64,000 bases of DNA from the human T2T-CHM13v2.0 reference genome, Homo sapiens, in the NCBI RefSeq assembly GCF_009914755.1, contig NC_060934.1; one strand, written 5' to 3'. Of the stretch, positions 40,501-53,617 are shown in pieces. The position numbers and the translations under genes were made by a program. Numbering within the stretch: the stretch's first letter is position 1; every line of letters begins with the position of its first letter. The notes below the pieces were generated by a model. The model saw only the letters and a list, made by a program, of their open reading frames with translations. It made no database searches and was not told the DNA's origin.

Positions 40501-42059
40501 TAGGGGAAGGCGTCCTGAGCTCCTCTTGGGGCCTCTCTGCTACTGGGTGCTCTGCAAGCTGGGTCCCTGTGCCCTGGATCTCTAGAAATGTTTCTCAAAT
40601 TGGGGCTGCTGAACAGAGGGCAGCCCAGCCAAGTGAGGGCAGGAAGTGGGCAAGAAAGCAGGAAGGGTCTCACAGGGCCACCAGGGAGGGCAGTGCAGGG
40701 CAGGTGGCCCATGACAGGTGGGATGCTGGCTTGCCTGCCTGCCACCATCCTCTGTTCCTTCTGGAAGCCATGCCCTGCCATGAGCCATGGCCTTGGTGCT
40801 GAGACTGTCCATTCCACCTCCCATTCTCCTCCTCCCTCTGACTGTCACCTTGAGAAGCATCCACCCTGGGGCTTAGGGCAGCTGTGTCTGTGACATGTGG
40901 AGCCCTCCTCCTCCTCAGAGGCCCAGGCCAGCCTCCAAGTGCTGAGATAGCCAGCTGCCTGTGGGCACCCAGGTTGCTAAGGTATCTTCCAGGTTCAGCC
41001 TCCTCCTCTCCCTCTTATCCTATCACCCTCTCCTTCTATTCCATCCTGCCCATTGGGTCCCTGTGCCAAGCCCTCCACCTCCCTCCTGCCTCCCTCCGAG
41101 TCCCTGCATGACTCATACTTTCCCTGGGCCCTCCCTATAAAGTTTGGTTCCACAGGCTCTTTGAAGAGATCCAGCCTCTTCAGCTCTGGGCAGGCAAGAA
41201 CTAGGCAACCAGGCCATGGGTACCAGGGCCTCTGCCCCCAGCCCGGGAGCCCCTGTGTTGGGGCCAGGATACTATCTGAACATGCTGACAGTCTGGACTT
41301 TGGAAGGGGAAAATGGTGCTTCCCTGTGTGGGCTTCTGTGTTTGAGCTGAGGAAACTGAGGCCAGAGAGATGCCGTAATTTATCCAGGGACCCAGAAGGG
41401 GCTCATAGCTGAGCTGAAGAGTGTCCCACATCCTCCCCAGTACTCCACACTGGTCCCTGAGTGGCAGCCTTGCTAGGATGGCAGGAATCAGCTGACCACT
41501 TATTCCTGGGCCATCAGACCCTTAGAATAGGGACCAGGTGGGCAGTGCTGCCTCTGTGTCTGAAAGTGGACCCACCGTGACCAGTGCCCAGTGCCCACCA
41601 AGGCTCAGCCAGGGGTTTCACCAGGGCATGGGGCACTGGCTGAGCATACCACGCCCTCTGTGTCCTCTGCAACACTAGAGCCCTGAGACTAGAGGGGCAG
41701 AAAGATGCCAGCTGTCAAAAGCCAGTGATATCCACCAGAACACACTGACCGCCCCCACCCTGTGCCTCTCCTTCTTTGCAGAAGCTACCTGTGCCCTGGG
41801 TTCTCTGGGCAGGGAAGGGCTGGACAGGCAGCCCTCAGGGGACAGCCCTGCCTGCCACTTGGGCAGCTGTCAGAGCATGCAGATGTGCCCGATGCCTAGC
41901 TGGGGCACTTGGCACAGTTGCCACTGCACCCTGCCTAGGGGTCCCAGCAGCCTCTGGGCGGTGGGTGGAGTGGGGTGCACGGTCACACAGGCTGAGAGGG
42001 CCCCCAGGACGCCCCCATCCCACAGTTCCCACTCCAGTCTGCTGTCTTCTCCCAGCTTT

Positions 42060-42460
42060 TTCCCAGCGCCCCGCCTCCCCCGACCTTACCTAGGGACGCA
42101 GCCAGGAAGAGAGCGAAGAGCAGGGATCCCCAGCGCCAGCTGCCGGCCTCCGGGGCCGTGGGGACGCCCATGTCGCCGTCGGACGCGCAGAGGAACTTCT
42201 GGTGCCGGGGAGCGGGCGGGACGCGGCCGGCGCGGGGAAGCCTCCCGCGACTGAGTGCGAGCGAGTGAGCGCTGCGGGCGGCCCCAGCGCCGTGCTCCAG
42301 GCACCCGCCCCCTTCGCGCAGCGCCCCCGGCGGGCCGTGTGGGGGAACTGCCTCTCCGAGGGCCGCGTGGGAGGGGCTTCCCGGAGGCCGGCCCCGTGGG
42401 TGGGGAGCCAGCGTGCGTCCCAGCGAGTCAGCTCCACTTGATCGGCAGTTTAAAGCCCGT
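42060..42460 (-). promoter_or_regulatory. VSIR: VSIR CpG-island promoter / 5' UTR
   Basis: The only CpG-dense island in the window; GC boxes (~42213, ~42303), ETS/PU.1-like AGAGGAACT (42189-42197), NF-kB consensus GGGGCTTCCC (42373-42382). Confidence 0.9.
42090..42171 (-). CDS. VSIR: VSIR exon 1, coding part (signal peptide [27 protein letters not shown])
   Basis: ATG at 42171; donor CTA G|gtaagg; lies in a CpG island. Confidence 0.97.
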
Positions 42461-42768
42461 TCTACCGTCCCCCAGTCCTTTTGGAGAGAAATTATTATTG
42501 CTGCGCAGCCTAAGAAGTAGATCTACCTCTAACAGCGTGATAGACGTTACCATGGCTTGCATCTGCCCTCAGCCACCAGCCTTTGAGTGATCTGGGGACA
42601 GAGACTTGTACCCTACATCCTCCAGCCAGACCAGGGCTTGGTATGTGGTAGGCACTCCCAGCTGTGGAATGAGTGAGTAAATGAGTGAATGAATGAAATC
42701 TGACATTGTGAAGAGCTAGGCAAGCTGGAGCCAGTTTAACTGTAGATTCAGAGCCTGAGGCACCCTGA

Positions 42769-42775
42769 GTGCATG

Positions 42776-42821
<46 letters not shown>
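42769..42821. repeat. GTGCAT(GC)4(AC)~19 microsatellite upstream of VSIR
   Basis: Read directly. Confidence 0.95.
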
Positions 42822-42824
<3 letters not shown>

Positions 42825-45228
42825 CAGGTGCAGGACTACACGCCAAGATCAGCACATCCCTACCCCGGGACACACACAGATATGCAGGCAACACCTGTTG
42901 GCGTGCCCCACAGCACATCCTGCAAGCTCCCCTCCGGCAGAGGCCTCAGCTGTCCGCCTGGCTGTGCACCCGCCCTCCCTGGTGGCTGGATATCTGCAGG
43001 ACACTCTGATGCACCCTAACTTCTAGTGCCTCTGCTCTTGCACCCACACCCAGCACTGCTGGCACCACTGGAATGTCTCTCCCCTCCTAATTCTTCTCAT
43101 CCCTCAGGGCTCAGCTCAAGTCCTCCCACTTCACGAAATGTCCTGACCCTTCCTTTTTCCCGGCAAATCCTTACTGTCCACACCCCCTTCAGCTACCACC
43201 TCCAGCCTGAGATAACCAGCAGTTGGTTCTTCTTCCGGCTGTTCTGCCCTCCAGAGCGAAACTACAAACCTCTCTCTGATGTTTCTGAGACCCTAGCACA
43301 AAGCTGGGCGTGGAGAAGGTTTTACTGCACTTTTATCTGAATGGACAAACCAATGAGTGAGTGAGTGATTGTGTGATGGAGGAGCAGAGGTGATCGTGGC
43401 CAGGACCAGGGATCACAGGAGTGGAAGAGCACAGCCATTTTACTCAGTTTACCCCAGTCTAGCTGAAGCTTCCAGGGGTTTTTCTGGCACTTTAGGGATC
43501 TTGGGTTAATAGGTGACTCCTAGGCTGAGAGGCAGAGGACACTCAGAGTCTGACTGGGTCAGGAACCAGGGTATCAGGACTCAATGGGAGCCAGGAGTCC
43601 TGGGGGCCTTGTGGGTGGCCTGATCCAAGTCACGGGCTCTCTGGAGGCCCTTAGCCCTTGCTCTAAGGGCAGGGAAGGCTACAACAGAGGAAGGCTGAGG
43701 CATCATGTTATTACTAAGTGAACTTGTGCAGGCCCAGTCCCCCTGGAGCCAGTGAACTCCCCAGGATGGGAGCCCCAGAGGCTGGCAGGACATAACCCAG
43801 GTCCTTGGGCATGCTCCTGGCCTTGTGACCCCACCTTGGAAGGCAGCCCAGGGCCCTTCCTGCTGGCATAGCATGAGCTCCCTTCCACCAGGGGAGGTAC
43901 AAAGCCAACTGAGATCAGGTGGACACCGGGCCCTTCTCACCCTGACATCCTCTGGCAAGTGAGGGGGGTCCCTTAAGGGCAAGATCCTAGAGCACCACCC
44001 CATCTCAACCCTTCCTGGACTGGCTTTGCTCAGGACACCCTTGAAACCAGACTCCCTCTTCCCCAGGGCCTAGCAGCCGGGGAGGGCCTGGAATTAGAGA
44101 AAGGGGAGCAATTGCCCTGCCAACCCCTTCCCCAGGGGGATAGAGCCTCTGAGCTGGGCCCAGTTCCCTCCCCCCTTTTCACTTCCTTTCTCCCTACCAC
44201 ACTGCCCACCACTGAGCCTCCTGGGGTTGCATCAGGGTGAGACACAGGCATTGCCCAAGGACCATGGTCCAGAAACCTCAAGCACTGTTTCCTCAACACC
44301 AGGGCAGGACAGGAAGGGCTCAGCTGAGAGGGCCTTTGGAGCACTGACTTTCTCCTCCCTCCGAGACCAGAGGAAGTCAAACCCACCTTCCCTCCCCAAG
44401 CCCAGACCTGGTCTCAGAGCAGGAGGGGCTCCAAGGCCCAACTCTGTTCAAACTCTCCACTCCCAGCCCCTGCAGCCTGCACACTCCATCATGTGTTTGT
44501 GCTTGTTTTCATTAAAAATAGTGGTGAAGGCCCCAAATATTCGAATAAAGATGACTGTCAAGGAAAGCCACCATGTCCATCTTGTGGCTCTGCAGGGCCT
44601 GGAGGCAGCTGTGAGTACTCTCTACTGGTGAGGGGCCCAGCCTTGAGCCTTCCTGAGTCCCCTTACTTGCCGGCAAGAATACAAGAGCACCACATTGCAG
44701 GAAAGGGGCTGAATTCCAGCCTCCCTGTTGGGGAGGGGATGCTGACATTTCCCACATTCCCAAACTCACCTCCCAAACTCCCTGAGCTAGAAACAACTTT
44801 AGAAATCAAGCCAGGTCCTTTATTAAACAGACAGAAAAGGTCCAGAGAGGGGATGTGACCTGCCCAAGGCCACGCAGCTCCTTTTCAAGGCTGCCAACCC
44901 TATCTGCTTTGGAAACCGTTTCAGCAAACACCCAATGCCCTCCACCCCCAAGATCCAGAGCTGCATATCAGAGGAATCATTGCCTCCTCAGGGGCAGTGA
45001 CAGCCTTCTTGGGTCCAGATCCCCTGCCCATCTGTCCATTCTTCCATTGGTAGCTCCAGAGCCAGCCAGTCCCAAGGAAAAAACCATATGCAAATTGCCT
45101 ACATTGAGTTGTCTGTACCACCTGCTTTCTGTTCTCTGGCCTGGCAATGGCCTAGTCACATTCTCTCTACCCAGACACCTTTGCAGTGATTAACACCTTA
45201 TTATTTTATATTAGTCACTCATTATGAT

Positions 45229-45640
45229 TTGTATTAGTTAGGGTCCTGGCAGGAAACAGATGGCACACTCAGAAAGGGTTCAACTGAAGAGAGTTTAATA
45301 CAGGGACTGTTTAGGAAGGCTGGTAAAGCACCCAGAGACTAGCACCAACCACAGGAAGCCACTACCACTCACATGTCCAAAGGGAAAGAAGAGGAAGTGA
45401 TGTTCTGGAGCCCAGTGAAAGCTGGTGCTATGAAAGGGGGACCCCTGTCCCCAAGCAGGAGAAACACAGCCATGGGCAGAACCGCAGTGAGGAATGGAGG
45501 GAGTGTGGAAGAAACACCCCCGCCTCTTTCTCCCCACTGCTTTCATCTTCAGCCAGGGCCTCCCATTGGCCACACCCAGCAGGAAGCTGGATAGCAAGGG
45601 AGCCAGGGTAAGGCAGTTAGTCCACAGGGGACATCTTCCC
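45229..45640. mobile_element. Old MaLR/ERVL-type LTR fragment
   Basis: Begins tgtattagttagggtcc..caggaaacagatggcacactc, resembling MLT termini; heavily diverged. Confidence 0.4.
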
Positions 45641-46406
45641 AGGTGGAGAAAGGCAGGAAGCAGGAGCAAGAACCATTTCTAGTTGATTCTTGAGTGCTGA
45701 TTGCCGAGTTCTGATTAGCTGAATATTACTTGTGGTCCAATTGACTCAAGCATTGGCAGAGATGGCCGATCACAGGAGAGTATGTTGTAGAAGCTGTTCT
45801 TGGAATGAAGTTATGTTCTGTGAGTCTTATTTTTCACAGGTCAACAAGTTCTGCCCACGAAATTGCCACAAACCCAATGTCCTCCTTCTGGAAATGCTGA
45901 AAATATGTATTTTTTTCATTTACATGAACAATAGATGAAGGTTAAATATGGCATTGGGCCGAGTGCCTCACATTCTTGCCTCTTGTAGTCTGGCAGGACA
46001 TATAGGCTCAATAAGACACAGGCCCTCGTAAAGCTCTGAGCTGGGGTGACTACCAGGGTTCATCCCATATGCCAGTCTTAATCACTAGACCACTGTGCTA
46101 ACAAGGATCCCAAGTTTGCATCTGGCCTCAGCAGTTCTGTGATTGATTAGTGATGTCTGCTGGGGTCGCAGACATAGGAGTGGTGGTGCCAGTGCCATCT
46201 TGGACAGAGCAGTTACCTTACTTGGCTTTTGGTGGAGTTTTTGAGCTTTCTCTCTCTACCAGCCTGTGACCCACCCCCTGCTTTCTTCTCCTTGCCCTTT
46301 CTGTTTGAGTCACATGGAGTGAGTTCAGCCCAGGAGAACAGCCATCTGGATCCACCTCGGTCCCTCTGGCCACCTGACCAAGGACGTGACCCACTCTTTT
46401 CCACAG

Positions 46407-46628
46407 GCCACCACGCACGTGTACGTGACCATTGTGGATGAGAATGATAACGCGCCCATGTTCCAGCAGCCCCACTATGAGGTGCTGCTGGATGAGGGCC
46501 CAGACACGCTCAACACCAGCCTCATCACCATCCAGGCACTGGACCTGGATGAGGGTCCCAACGGCACAGTCACCTATGCCATCATCGCAGGCAACATCGT
46601 CAACACCTTCCGCATCGACAGACACATG
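46407..46628 (+). CDS. CDH23: CDH23 exon ~39 (222 bp): ATTHVYVTIVDENDNAPMF...FRIDRHM
   Basis: ttccacag|GCC ... ATG|gtcagc; DENDN and ALDLD motifs. Confidence 0.96.
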
Positions 46629-46915
46629 GTCAGCAGCTGATGGCAGGATCAAGACAAGGGGCGAAACCTATCCAGGGATTGGCAAGGAGTTCAGTGACAC
46701 TGGAGGGGGATGGAGCAAAGATGCAGTCTAGGGGAAACTGTGGGGGCACTCAGTGTGGGAGGATGAAAAGTTTGGTGGAGTGGAGCCTGGGCTAGGGGGT
46801 GGCAGTGGTTCCCCATCACAGCTCCAATGTCAGGGCCTACTTCCCAAATTGGTCAGAGGGTGCTGCAGACCTACCACCCCTAGATCCATCCTTGTCCCTT
46901 CCCTGTGTCCCCCAG

Positions 46916-47035
46916 GGTGTCATCACTGCTGCCAAAGAGCTGGACTACGAGATCAGCCACGGCCGCTACACCCTGATCGTCACTGCCACAGACCAGTGCC
47001 CCATCTTATCCCACCGCCTCACCTCTACCACCACG
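46916..47035 (+). CDS. CDH23: CDH23 exon ~40 (120 bp): GVITAAKELDYEISHG...RLTSTTT
   Basis: cccccag|GGT ... ACG|gtgggt; LDYE motif. Confidence 0.97.
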
Positions 47036-47485
47036 GTGGGTGCATGGGACACAGCCCCAACTTGGGCTTGGAGGTTGGCGAAGGATGGGACCCAGAAAGC
47101 TCCGATGCGGGAAGGGGTTAGGGGAAGATTGTCTGAGGGAAATGCCTAAATCCAAGACCCCTGTCCTAATCTCAGCAACTCACTCAAACTTGCTGTGTGA
47201 CTTTAACGAGGTCACTGAACTTCCCTGTGTGGCTACATCTGTCAGACAAGTGACAATACCTGCCCTCCTCTCCTTCATGGGAAAACCATGAACTCTGGGT
47301 TTCAAGTCCTTGCTCTTCCACTTTCTAGCTGTGTGACCCTGAGCAAGTTGCTTAACCTCCCTGCTTCCATTTCCTCATCTGTGAAAGGAGGACAATACAA
47401 ACTATGTTTTAAGGAGTGAGAGGAGTAAATGAAACCACGTAAGACAACCACAGTGCAGCAACAAATAGAAGTTTATGGGCAGTAC

Positions 47486-47764
47486 TATTATTATTTTTTT
47501 GAGACAAGTTTTCACTCTATCATCCAGGCTGGAGTGTAGTGGCTTGATCACAGCTCACTGCAGACTCGACCTCCTGGACTCAAGAGCAATCCTCCCACCT
47601 CAGCCTCCCAAGTAGCTGGGACTACAGGCATGCACCACCATGCCCAGCTAATGTATTACTCTTTTATTTTTTGTAGAGGTGGGGTCTTGCTATATTGCCC
47701 AGGCTGGCTCTGCCTCAGCCTCCCAAAGTGCTGAGATTACAAGTGTGAACCACTGTGTCTGGCC
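47486..47764 (-). mobile_element. AluJ-like element with internal deletion
   Basis: Alu consensus on the - strand. Confidence 0.88.
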
Positions 47765-47993
47765 AATAGCATTTTTATTAATATGATGATTGTGCCCATA
47801 AAAGGCTTTGGCAATAATGATAACTCATCCACATGCATAGCTTAAAAGCCCCACCCATATCCGACATCCCATATGATTCCTGCATGGGCCTCATGAGGCA
47901 GAATTATCAGGTCCATTTCACAGAGGAAGGAACTGAGGCCCAGCACAAAGCTGGCTGGGGTGAGGCCTTGGCTAAGCTTTTCCACCATCTCAG

Positions 47994-48174
47994 GTGCTTG
48001 TGAATGTGAATGACATCAACGACAATGTGCCTACCTTCCCCCGGGACTATGAGGGACCATTTGAAGTCACTGAGGGCCAGCCGGGGCCCAGAGTGTGGAC
48101 CTTCCTGGCCCATGACCGAGACTCAGGACCCAACGGGCAGGTGGAGTACAGCATCATGGATGGAGACCCTCTGG
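47994..48174 (+). CDS. CDH23: CDH23 exon ~41 (181 bp): VLVNVNDINDNVPTFPRD...IMDGDPL
   Basis: atctcag|GTG ... CTG G|gtgagt; DINDN motif. Confidence 0.97.
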
Positions 48175-48904
48175 GTGAGTGGGGCTTGGGGCATGCCACC
48201 CACAGGGTCTCACCTGCACACCCGCTCAGGGGAGGATAAGAAGGGAGGTCTCAAGGCATTTGGCCTCACCATTGTGTGATTTTGTCCTCTCTGGGCCTCA
48301 GTTTCCCCATCTATGACAATGATGGAAATAATCTTCTCCCACCTCTTATTCCCAGAGATGTGGCGAGAACACCCTATAATCTGGGAACAAGGGCTGGTGG
48401 CCTTGGAGGGACACAGACTCCTTTAAGAACATGATTAAAAAATGCCCTGTTGCATACCCAGAGGAAGGGCCCCAGGGCAGACGAGGGAAGCACATCCTTA
48501 CAGTGCGTGCAGAACACAGCCCCCGCCCTCAGGACCACAAACCCACACACCAAGGTAGCGCCTGGCTTGCTCTGCACATCTCATAGTCACCCATTCACAG
48601 CCCTCTCCTTGGATGAAGAGCAGAGTTTGCCTTGGCCTTGAGGGCAACTTCTCAAGTCCATTTTCACTCATTACTATAGAGTGGGAATCCCAGATCCAAA
48701 GGCGCCAGCTAGGGTCAGGCAAGGAGCCTTCGTGGGAGATGGTGTAGGAAAGAATCAGGAGCAGTGGGGACTGCGCAGCCACAACTCAGCTCCTGCCAGT
48801 AGTAGCTGTGTCCAGATCCCAGCCTGGGAGTACCTGGGCCCATTTTGAAAAGAAAAGCAGAAATCCAAATCTTTGTGAAACATCCTGATTTTTTAATTGA
48901 TCGT

Positions 48905-49950
48905 GCAGGAAATATTTCTTGAGTACCTCCAGTGTGCCGGCCATGTTCCAAGAGCTGGGGATACCAAACAGATGCAAATCCCTGCCCCGTAGAACGTACG
49001 TTCCAGTTGGAGGACACGGGCAATGAACCAACTGACTAAGTAGATGACTTAGTATACTGGGAGGTGCTAAGGGCTATGGAGAAAAATAAAACCAAGCCGG
49101 AGGATGGGGAATGCCAGGGTGAAGGCAGCAATTGTAGGTTGGCAAAAACCTGAAGGAGGGCAAAGGTGAGTCAAGTGACATCTGGGGAAGAGCATTCCAG
49201 GCAGAGGAAACAGCAAGTGGAAAGGCACTGAGGTTGGAGCATGCCTGGGATGTTCACAGAGAAGCAAAAAGGCCTGCAGCTGGGGGAAAGTTGAGCAAAG
49301 GGAAGCATAGGAAGAAATGAGACCAGAGAGGTAATGGGGCCAGATGTTGTCGGGCCTTGAGGGGCATCATGAGGGTGTGGCTTTTGCTCTGAGGTGGGAA
49401 CCCTAAGAGGGCTTTAAGCAGAGGAGAGACATTATTTGACTTAGGTTTCAGCAGGACCACTCTGGTTCCTGTGATCAGAACAGACTGTAGGGGTGAAGGA
49501 AAAGGAGCAGGGAAGTCGGATGGGAGCCTGCTGCAATCACTCAGGCTAGAATGAGGTAGCCGGGAGAGGGTGGTGGCATCACCACCAAAGGGAAAGAGGT
49601 GGCCACCTCTGGTGTAATTCAGAGGTGGAGCCAGTAGGATGTGCTAACTGATTGGCTGTGGGATGTGAGAGAAAGTCAAGGTTTTGGCGTGAGCAACCCA
49701 AAAGATGATGGCGTTGCCATTGACGGATGGAGGGCTGCAGCAGGAGGTTGTGGAGGGAAAGCAGGGTCGGTTCGAGATACCAGGTAGAGGTTGCGTATAC
49801 AAGCCAAGAGTTCAGGAGAGAGGTCTGGGCTGGAGACGGGTATTTGGGAGTTGTCAGCATAGAGGTATTTAAATCCAGGAAACAAAGAGCGGTGCGAAGA
49901 TTCAACAGTGAACCCAAGCCTCGCTTGCAATTAAGAGGCTGGAGGAAAAA
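48905..49950 (-). mobile_element. L2 LINE fragment (~1 kb)
   Basis: aaatatttcttgagtacc..., gagcattccaggcagaggaaacagcaagt, ggaccactctgg, atttgggagttgtcagcatagaggtatttaaa are L2 hallmarks. Confidence 0.8.
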
Positions 49951-52900
49951 ACAACAACCTATATATGGAGGGCCCAAGCGACAGAATGAGAGCCCCTGCT
50001 GCCCAGAGCTTATGAGGGGTCACTCTGTTCGGACATGCTACCCTTTCGGATCCCAAAGTCTCCTCTCTGGCCAAGCACTAGGCCTTCCTCTTTGGAAACC
50101 AGCAGAGCAAGGGCCTTTCTCTTCTGCTGTTTTCACAAACACAGAGATTTTGTAATTTTATGGGAGTCCCTGGAGCACAGGAGGATGCTGGCACCTGGTG
50201 GAGAGGCAGGTGCTGGGTGAGCAGCTGAAGCCCCTCCCCATGAGGGGCCCGCTCTGCACCCCAGCCTCAAGGCACAGAGCACACACCTGTGCTCCAGCAC
50301 AGTGCAGACCTCCATGCCATGGCCTTTAAGCCACAAGCGAAACTTCCTGGGTTCAATCCACACGTGATTGGGATGAGCCTTAAGAATTTGGGGCCTCGTG
50401 GGGGAGTCCCAGCAGACTAACAGGCAGGCTCTCAAAGGAGTGAGAGACGCCTAGGAGTTTCCTAAGGCTGACCTGGGTGGGAGGCTTCCTCCCCCAAGGA
50501 AGGAAGAGTAGACATTTAGAGCCCAAAGATAACTTTGGGGTCTCTGAGCGCCACCCGCATCTCAGAAATGATCAATGAAGGCCCAGAGAGGTGAGGAAGG
50601 CCTGATGGTACTGCTGACATGGGTCACGACATCCATTTCCCACATCTCCTCCCACCTCGGGGTTCATGTTGGTCACTGAAGGGTTGACGGATGCTACAGC
50701 CAGCACCGCTGTCTGGAGAGAGCTGGTTTCACAGTGCACCACTGCATGGAGGGACGTGCCTGGGACCCCAGCTTAAAGGTCACCTTCCCAACACTGCAGC
50801 CTGAGGCTGGAAGGCTGCTTTCTATAGGGAGACAGATGCCAGATTTCTGAGCACTTACCAGCCCCACTGAGCCCTTAGGAGGAGCTGTGTGCTCAAAGAA
50901 GAGCTGGGAGACAGGCCACATGCACTTGAGCCTCTCCCACCAGCGCCTGCCTTCTCAGCTGCCCTTTCTGGTCACACCCATTCCTTGGACCCCTTTCCCA
51001 CATCCTCACCCTCCCTGAAAGCTCCCCGTTCCTTCAGAGGCCTGCCTGGGCTCCCTTTCGGGATCAGCACACACAAGGTGGGCCAGGGTTTGTCCAGCAT
51101 CAGCACAACCCCAAGGTGGCATCTCTCTATTAGCCCATTTTTCAGATGAGAACATCAAGGCAAGGCTCCTTAACATGCCGAAGGGCACACAGGCATGAAG
51201 TCCAGATGCAGACCTAGATATGATTGGACGAAAGCCTAGGCTTTTAACCTCCTGTCTCCAGGAGTTGTGGAGGGATGGGGAAGTCTGGCCCCAGAGCAAG
51301 CTGCCAAGGAGGAGAATTTGCACAGGGGAACTAGGCTGGCCCAGCCCCCAGCCCCTCAGGCCTGCCTCCCTGAGCCTTCAAGGGAGTGGTGCTGGTGTCT
51401 CCTCCTGGCTTTGGAAGGAGAGCAAGAGGCCCTCTGCCTGCATATGGCCGGGGCTTGAGACAGGGCTGGGAAACACCTAGAAAGGGAATCCCCAGTTCTT
51501 TGGAGACCTTGGGGTGTCAGGCTCAGGAAATCCTGCTTTAAGCAGCTTCCACCCCCCAGGCAGGGTGAAGCCTATGGGACGGGAAGAGCCTGGGAGCGGA
51601 AGGGCTGGTGGGAAATCCCAGCTGCAGGTGGGACTGAGAGGGGCTGTTTTTGTACATCAGAGTGTTAGGAGCTGGGGACAGGGAATTGTGAGGTAGGATG
51701 TGAAGAGACAGGCAGAGAAAACTGTGGGGGCGCCTGGGCCCCTGTCCTTGCCATGCCCTGTGAGCTGTGTGCTTCCTGCTGTCTGTCCCAGAGCAAGTCA
51801 GTGCCCCACTCTGGGCCCTTCCCCCTAAGTATTCAAAGGGAAAGTGAAGGAGGTAACTAACCTTCTCTCCATTCCATTTCCTGGGGGAATGCGGAGAGGT
51901 GGCCTCTCTTCTGCAGGCTCTCCCAGTTCCCTAGCTCACATCCCCTCAACTTTCTTCCTGCCAGAGCCACAGCCCCCACCATTCTTGCCTCTCCAGCTGG
52001 GCTCACGCTTGCTCACTGGTTTCCTTCCCCCTGTCTCTTCTCTCCACCCTCCGTGTTCTCACCCCGCCCCGGTCAGCTCTGAGTGGTGCTGTCTGGAAAG
52101 AACACAAGTCCTGTGCGAGGCAATGGGTTAAGACCCAGAGTGCTGGGTTTGAATCCTGGTCTGTCATTCACTTGCTGCAGGAGTGCAGACAAGTGGTAAC
52201 CCTCCCCTGGGCTCCCAGTTCATTCTCCAAAGGACACAAGGGACTGGACGGTCTCTGGGCTGCCTTCCAGGTCAGCATCTGAGAATCTGAGGTTCTTGCT
52301 CTGGACTGTCAGACATCGGGCCCTGCAGCCCAGCCAAGAAAAGGATTCTGGGGCCACAGGGCCAGCGGGGCTCTTCAGAAACATCAAGGAAAGGAAATCA
52401 GGGTCACCACAGGTGTAGGGAATCCACTCTGCTTTCCAACTATAGCTCAATATGGGGACTAAATAGAGGGCACTGGGGGCTTCCCTGCCCCTCATCCGTC
52501 CCCTTCTGCCTGCCCGGTGCCTGCGCATTCACCATTAGCAAAGCATTGCTTTGTGGTCAGCTCTGCCCTTCCCAATATCCTTTTTTACAAGCCATGGCAT
52601 GTGGGATGGATCGTACATTGCGAAGCACCTGATGCCTTCATTGATCAAGAGTGCTTAGACAGTGGGTGCTAGTGTAGCAAGAAGCCCCCACTTTTTCAAC
52701 ATAGCCATCTTACCCAGGTCAGTCTCTGGCCTGCCTGTGGCCCAGGGAAGGAAGCTGCTTGGTCTGGCACATGAGGGCATGAGTGGCCCGTGTCCGCCTG
52801 CACCCGTGGTGGTGATCCGCTACCACCCACCTGCACATCCCAGCCCTTGCAGATCTCATGAGGATCTGAAGCTGGGGTCACTGGAGGACCCGGGCCCCAG

Positions 52901-53013
52901 CTGTCCCCCACCTGTGACGAGTGAGGCTTGCTAGAGGAAGCAGAAGGAGTCCTGGGGTCTCCACAGTTCCTGCCAATGCCCGACTAACTTGGGCCTCTCC
53001 TGGTGACACCCAG

Positions 53014-53147
53014 GGGAGTTTGTGATCTCTCCTGTGGAGGGGGTGCTAAGGGTCCGGAAGGACGTGGAGCTGGACCGGGAGACCATCGCCTTCTACAACC
53101 TGACCATCTGTGCCCGTGACCGGGGGATGCCCCCACTCAGCTCCACA
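53014..53147 (+). CDS. CDH23: CDH23 exon ~42 (134 bp): (G)EFVISPVEGVLRVRKDVELDRE...PPLSST
   Basis: ACTAAC branch point 52983-52988; acccag|GG ... ACA|gtgagt; LDRE motif. Confidence 0.97.
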
Positions 53148-53617
53148 GTGAGTCTGGGGGCCCCACCCGCTGGCTTCACCTCGCTGCCCCTGTACTTGCC
53201 ACAGAGATTCTTGTAAACATTGTTACCCTTGTGCCAAGAGAGGCCACAGGCTGCCCTGGAGCCAGGCCAGGCCTGCCCCTGGGGCCCTTAATAGACCTCT
53301 CGCCACATCCAGCAACTCTTTGGGGAGGCTGCCTTTCAGCGCCCCTCTGCACCCAACCCCTGCCCCATCACTCCCTTCTCCATCACTGCCCCTCCTCTGC
53401 CTCTGCCTTTCCTGCTTCCCTCATCATCCTCTTTTCATCTTCTTGCCTTTTTAATGTTCTTTTTCTTCTTTCTTCCTCTCCCCTTTTCTCTTTCTTCTCC
53501 ATGACCAACTGCACCCTCCCTCCCTCCATGCCGCCCTTGGCGAACCTCCTCCTCGGTTGCCATGCACAACATCTGTCGCTCTTCCTCCCCTCCCTCCTCC
53601 TTCTCTGACTGGCCCAG

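Noticed and set aside
43808-43817. p53 half-site GGGCATGCTC upstream of VSIR (other single half-sites at ~18964 and ~31184)
   Set aside because: VSIR is a reported p53 target, but I could not find a properly paired second half-site, so no element is called.
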